Shown: in pieces, positions 59,101-64,000 of the stretch | Layout of the letters: each line of letters begins with the position of its first letter | Numbering within the stretch: position 1 is the first letter of the stretch | Assembly: GCA_030390025.1 (NCBI GenBank) | Contig: CM059432.1 | Location: 113,586,001-113,650,000, forward strand | DNA length: 64,000 nucleotides | Reading direction: 5' to 3' | Source of the DNA: Squalus acanthias | Lineage: Eukaryota | The notes under the pieces: generated by a model | Told to the model about the DNA's origin: nothing | The model's database searches: none | Seen by the model: only the letters and a program-made list of their open reading frames with translations | Made by a program: the position numbers and the translations under genes

Positions 59101-62100
59101 GGGATTGGAGAGGGAGAGGGGATTGGAGGGGATCGGAGAGGGAGAGGAGAGGGGATCGGAGGGGGAGAGGAGAGATGATCGGAGGGGAGAGAGTAGAGGG
59201 GATCGGAGGGGGAGAGGAGCGGGGATCGGAGCGGGGAGGAGAGGGGATCGGAGGGGGAGAGGAGAGGGGTTCGGAGGGGAAGAGGAGAGGGGATCGGAGG
59301 GGGAGAGCAGAGGGGATCGGAGGGGGAGAGGAGAGAGGATCGGAGGGGGAGAGGAGCGGGGATCGGAGGGGTGAGGAGTGGGGATCGGAGGGGGGAGGAG
59401 AGGGTATCGGAGAGGGAGAGGTGATCGGGGGGGATCAGAGAGGGAGAGGGGATTGGAGCGGATCGGAATGGAGAGGTGATCGGGGGGAGAGGAGAAGGGT
59501 TCGGAGGGGGAGTGGAGAGGGGATCGGAGGGGGAGAGGAGAGATGATCGGAGGAGAGAGAGGAGAGGGTATCGGAGGGGGAGAGGAGCGGGCATCGGAGG
59601 GGGGAGAGACAGGGGATCGGAGCGGTGGGAGAGAGGAGAGGGGATCGGAGGGGAGAGGACAGGGGATCGTAGGGGGAGAGGAGAGGGGATCGGAGGGGGA
59701 GAGGAGAGGGGATCGGAGGGGGAGAGGAAAGGGGATCGGAGGGGGAGAGGAGTGGGGATCGGAGGGGGAGAGAGGAGAGGAGATCGTAGCGGGGAGATGG
59801 CAGGGTATCGGAGGGGGAGAGGAGAGGGGTTCGGAGGGGGAGAGGTCAGGGGATCGAAGGGGGAGAGGTCAGGGGATCGGAGGGGGAGAGGACAGGGGAT
59901 CGGAGGGGGAGAGAGGAGAGGGGTTCGAAGGAGGGAGAGGAGAGGGTATCAGAGGAGGGTGGAGAGGGTATCGGAGGGGGAGATGTGATCGGGGGGGATT
60001 GGAGAGGGAGAGGGGATCGGAGGAGATCGGAGAGGGAGAGGTGATCGGGGGGGAGAGGAGAGGGGTTCGGAGGGGGAGAGGAGAGGGGATCGGAGGGGGA
60101 GAGGAGAGATGATCGGAGGGGAGAGAGTAGAGGGGATCGGAGGGGGAGAGGAGCGGGGATCGGAGCGGGGAGGAGAGGGGATCGGAGGGGGAGAGGAGAG
60201 GGGATCGGAGGGGGAGAGGAGCGGGGATCGGAAGGGAGGAGAGGAGGGGGGAGAGGAGAGGGAATTGGCGGGGGAGAGGAGTGGGGATCAGAGGGGCAGA
60301 GGAGAGGGTATCGGAGGGGGAGAGGAGAGGGGATCGGAGGGGGAGAGAGGAGAGGGGATCGAAGGAGGGAGAGGAGAGGGTATCAGAGGAGAGTGGAGAG
60401 GGTATCGGAGGGGGAGAGGTGATCGGGGGGATTGGAGAGGGAGAGGGGATTGGAGGGGATCGGAGAGGGAGAGGAGAGGGGATCGGAGGGGGAGAGGAGA
60501 GATGATCGGAGGGGAGAGAGTAGAGGGGATCGGAGGGGGAGAGGAGCGGGGATCGGAGCGGGGAGGAGAGGGGATCGGAGGGGGAGAGGAGAGGGGTTCG
60601 GAGGGGAAGAGGAGAGGGGATCGGAGGGGGAGAGCAGAGGGGATCGGAGGGGGAGAGGAGAGAGGATCGGAGGGGGAGAGGAGCGGGGATCGGAGGGGTG
60701 AGGAGTGGGGATCGGAGGGGGGAGGAGAGGGTATCGGAGAGGGAGAGGTGATCGGGGGGATCAGAGAGGGAGAGGGGATTGGAGCGGATCGGAAAGGGAG
60801 AGGTGATCGGGGGGAGAGGAGAAGGGTTCGGAGGGGGAGTGGAGAGGGGATCGGAGGGGGAGAGGAGAGATGATCGGAGGAGAGAGAGGAGAGGGTATCG
60901 GAGGGGGAGAGGAGCCGGCATCGGAGGGGGAGAGGACAGGGGATCGGAGCGGGGGAGAGAGGAGAGGGGATCGGAGGGGGAGAGGACAGGGGATCGGAGG
61001 GGGAGAGGAGAGGGGATCGGAGGGGGAGAGGAGAGGGGATCGGAGGGGGAGAGGAAAGGGGATCGGAGGGGGAGAGGAGTGGGGATCGGAGGGGGAGAGA
61101 GGAGAGGAGATCGTAGCGGGGAGATGGCAGGGTATCGGAGGGGGAGAGGAGAGGGGTTCGGAGGGGGAGAGGTCAGGGGATCGAAGGGGGAGAGGTCAGG
61201 GGATCGGAGGGGGAGAGGACAGGGGATCGGAGGGGGAGAGAGGAGAGGGGTTCGAAGGAGGGAGAGGAGAGGGTATCAGAGGAGGGTGGAGAGGGTATCG
61301 GAGGGGGAGATGTGATCGGGGGGATTGGAGAGGGAGAGGGGATCGGAGGAGATCGGAGAGGGAGAGGTGATCGGGGGGGAGAGGAGAGGGGTTCGGAGGG
61401 GGAGAGGAGAGGGGATCGGAGGGGGAGAGGAGAGATGATCGGAGGGGAGAGAGTAGAGGGGATCGGAGGGGGAGAGGAGCGGGGATCGGAGCGGGAGGAG
61501 AGGGGATCGGAGGGGGAGAGGAGAGGGGATCGGAGGGGGAGAGGAGAGGGGATCGGAGGGGGAGAGCAGAGGGGATCGGAGGGGGAGAGGAGAGAGGATC
61601 GGAGGGGAGAGGAGCGGGGATCGGAGGGGGGGAGGAGTGGGGATCGGAGGGGGGAGGAGAGGGGATCGGAGGGGGAGAGGAGCGGTGATCGGTGGGGGGA
61701 GGAGAGGGGTTCGGGAGGGGGAGGCGAGGGAATCGGAGGGGGGAGGAGAGGGGATCGGTGGAGGAAGGAGAGGGGATCGGAGGGGGAGGAGAGGGGTTTG
61801 GAGGGGGGAGGAGAGGGGTTCGGAGGGGGAGAGAGGAGAGGAGAGGAATCGAAGGGGAAGAGGAGAGGGATCGGATGGGGAGGGGAGAGGGGATCAGAGG
61901 GGGAGAGGAGGGAGGATCAGAGGAGTAGAGGAGAGGTGATCGAAGGGGGGGAGAGTGGATCAGAGGGGGGAGGAGAGGGGATCGGAGGAAGGAGAGGAGA
62001 GGGTATCGGAGGGGGAGAGGAGAGGTGATCGGACGGGGAGGAGAGGGGATCGGAAGGCGGAGGAGAGGGGATCGGAGGGGTGAGGAAAGGGGTTCGGAGG

Positions 62101-64000
62101 GGGAGAGAAGAGGGGATCGGAGGGGGAGTGGAGAGGGTATCAGAGAGGTGGAGGAGAGGAGATCGGAGGGGGGAGAGGGCACGGTATCGGAGGTTGGAGA
62201 GGTTATTAGAGGGGGAGCAGAGGGGATCGGAGGGGGGGAAGAGAGGGTATCAGAGGGGGAGAGGAGAGGGGATCGGAGGGGGAGAGGAGAGCGGATCAGA
62301 GGGGGAGAGGAGAGGTGATCGGAGGGGGAGAGGAGAGGGGATCGGAGGGGGAGAGGAGAGGGGACCGGAGGGGGAGAAAGGAGAGGAGATCGGAGGGGGG
62401 AGAGGGCCAGGGTATCGGAGGGGGAGAGGAGAGGGGAGCGGAGGGGGAGAAGACAGGGGATCGAAGGGGGAGAGGACAGGCGATCGGAGGGGGAGAGGAC
62501 AGGGGATCGGAGGGGAGAGAGGAGAGGGGATCGGAGGAGGGAGAGGAGAGGTTATCAGAGGAGGAGGAGAGGGTATCGGAGGGGGAGAGGTGATCGGGGG
62601 GATCAGAGAGGGAGAGGGGATTGGAGCGGATCGGAAAGGGAGAGGTGATCGGGGGGGAGAGGAGAGGGGTTCGGAGGGGGAGAGGAGAGGGGATCGGAGG
62701 GGGAGAGGAGAGATGATCGGAGGGGAGAGAGGAGAGGGTATCGGAGGGGGAGAGGAGCGGCGATGGGAAGGGGAGAGGACGGGGGATCGGAGCGGGGGAG
62801 AGAGGCGAGGGGATCGGAATGGGAGAGGACAGGGGATCGGAGGGGAGAGGAGAGGGGATCGGAGGGGAGAAGACAGGGTATCGGAGGGGTAGAGGAATGG
62901 GGATCGGAGAGGGAGAGGAGAGAGCATCGGAGGGGGAGAGGAGAGGGGATCGAAGGGGGAGAGGACAGGGAATCGGAGGGGGAGAGGACAGGGGATCGGA
63001 GGGGGAGAGAGGAGAGGGGATCGAAGGAGGGAGAGGAGAGGTTAGCAGAGGAGGGTGGAGAGGGTACCGGAGGGGGAGAGGTGATCGGGGGGGATTGGAG
63101 AGGGAGAGGGGATCGGAGGGGATCGGAGAGGGAGAGGTGATCGGGGGGGAGAGGAGAGGGGTTCGGAGGGGGAGAGGAGAGGGGATCGGAGGGGGAGAGG
63201 AGAGATGATCGGAGGGGAGAGAGTAGAGGGGATCGGAGGGGGAGAGGAGCGGGGATCGGAGCGGGGAGGAGAGGGGATCGGAGGGGGAGAGGAGAGGGGA
63301 TCGGAGGGGGATCGGAGAGGGGATCGGAGGGGGAGAGTAGAGGGGATCGGAGGGGGAGAGGAGAGAGGATCGGAGGGGGAGAGGAGCGGGGATCGGAGCG
63401 GGGAGGAGAGGGGATCGGAGGGGGAGAGGAGAGGGGATCGGAGGGGGAGAGGAGAGGGGATCGGAGGGGGAGAGCAGAGGGGATCGGAGGGGGAGAGGAG
63501 AGAGGATCGGAGGGGGAGAGGAGAGGGGATCGGTGGGGGAAGGAGAGGGGATCGGAGGGGGGAGGAGAGGGGGGAGGAGGGGGGAGGAGAGGGGTTTGGA
63601 GGGGGAGAGAGGAGAGGAGAGGGAATCGAAGGGGAAGAGGAGAGGGGATCGGAGGGGGAGGGGAGAGGGGATCAGAGGGGGGAGGAGAGGGGATCGGAGG
63701 AAGGAGAGGAGAGGGGATCGGAGGGGGAGAGGAGAGGGGATCGGACGGGGGAGGAGAGGGGATCGGAAGGGGGAGGAGAGGTGATCGGAGGGGTGAGGAA
63801 AGGGGTTCGGAGGGGGAGAGAAGAAGGGATCGGAGGGGGAGAGGAGAGGGTATCAGAGAGGTGGAGGAGAGGAGATCGGAGGGGGGAGAGGGCACGGTAT
63901 CGGAGGTTGGAGAGGTTATCAGAGGGGGAGCAGAGGGGATCGGGGGGGGAAGAGAGGGTATCAGAGGGGGTGAGGGGAGGGGATCGGAGGGGGAGAGGAG
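56120..64000. repeat. purine-rich satellite, ~23-bp unit GGGGATCGGAGGGGGAGAGGAGA, runs past the window end
   Basis: Degenerate tandem repeats over ~7.9 kb. All ORFs here are low-complexity artefacts. Confidence 0.95.

Noticed and set aside
56233..63895. Many long Gly/Glu/Arg- or Pro/Ser-rich ORFs
   Set aside because: Artefacts of a satellite lacking stop codons in several frames.

Overview
Eukaryotic, repeat-dense DNA with no recognisable intact host gene. The repeat complement (CR1 LINEs, an HE1/V-SINE, a Deu-domain SacSINE1-like SINE, L2, Penelope-like elements) points to a cartilaginous fish (inference). The centrepiece is a decayed endogenous retrovirus-like provirus at ~6264-19490 (+). 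Its gag has a zinc knuckle and PSAP motif and is joined in-frame to pol through a single UGA-CUAG stop. Its pol carries PR, RT, a degenerate RNase H 'tether', a second RNase H and IN. A splice acceptor precedes an env that looks like a class I F-type fusion protein with an apparent N-terminal Ig-like domain, and a PPT leads into a 1.74-kb 3' LTR. This architecture best fits lokiretrovirus-type elements. The provirus sits in a nested stack of CR1 LINEs and TA-flanked MITEs. Also present: a decayed dynamin exon-1-like fragment at a CR1 5' end, a 25-bp minisatellite forming the 5' terminus of a CR1, Penelope elements with minimal hammerhead-ribozyme motifs, a probable Harbinger Myb-gene remnant, and a ~7.9-kb purine-rich satellite running off the right edge. 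All family assignments come from motif recognition by eye, not database searches.
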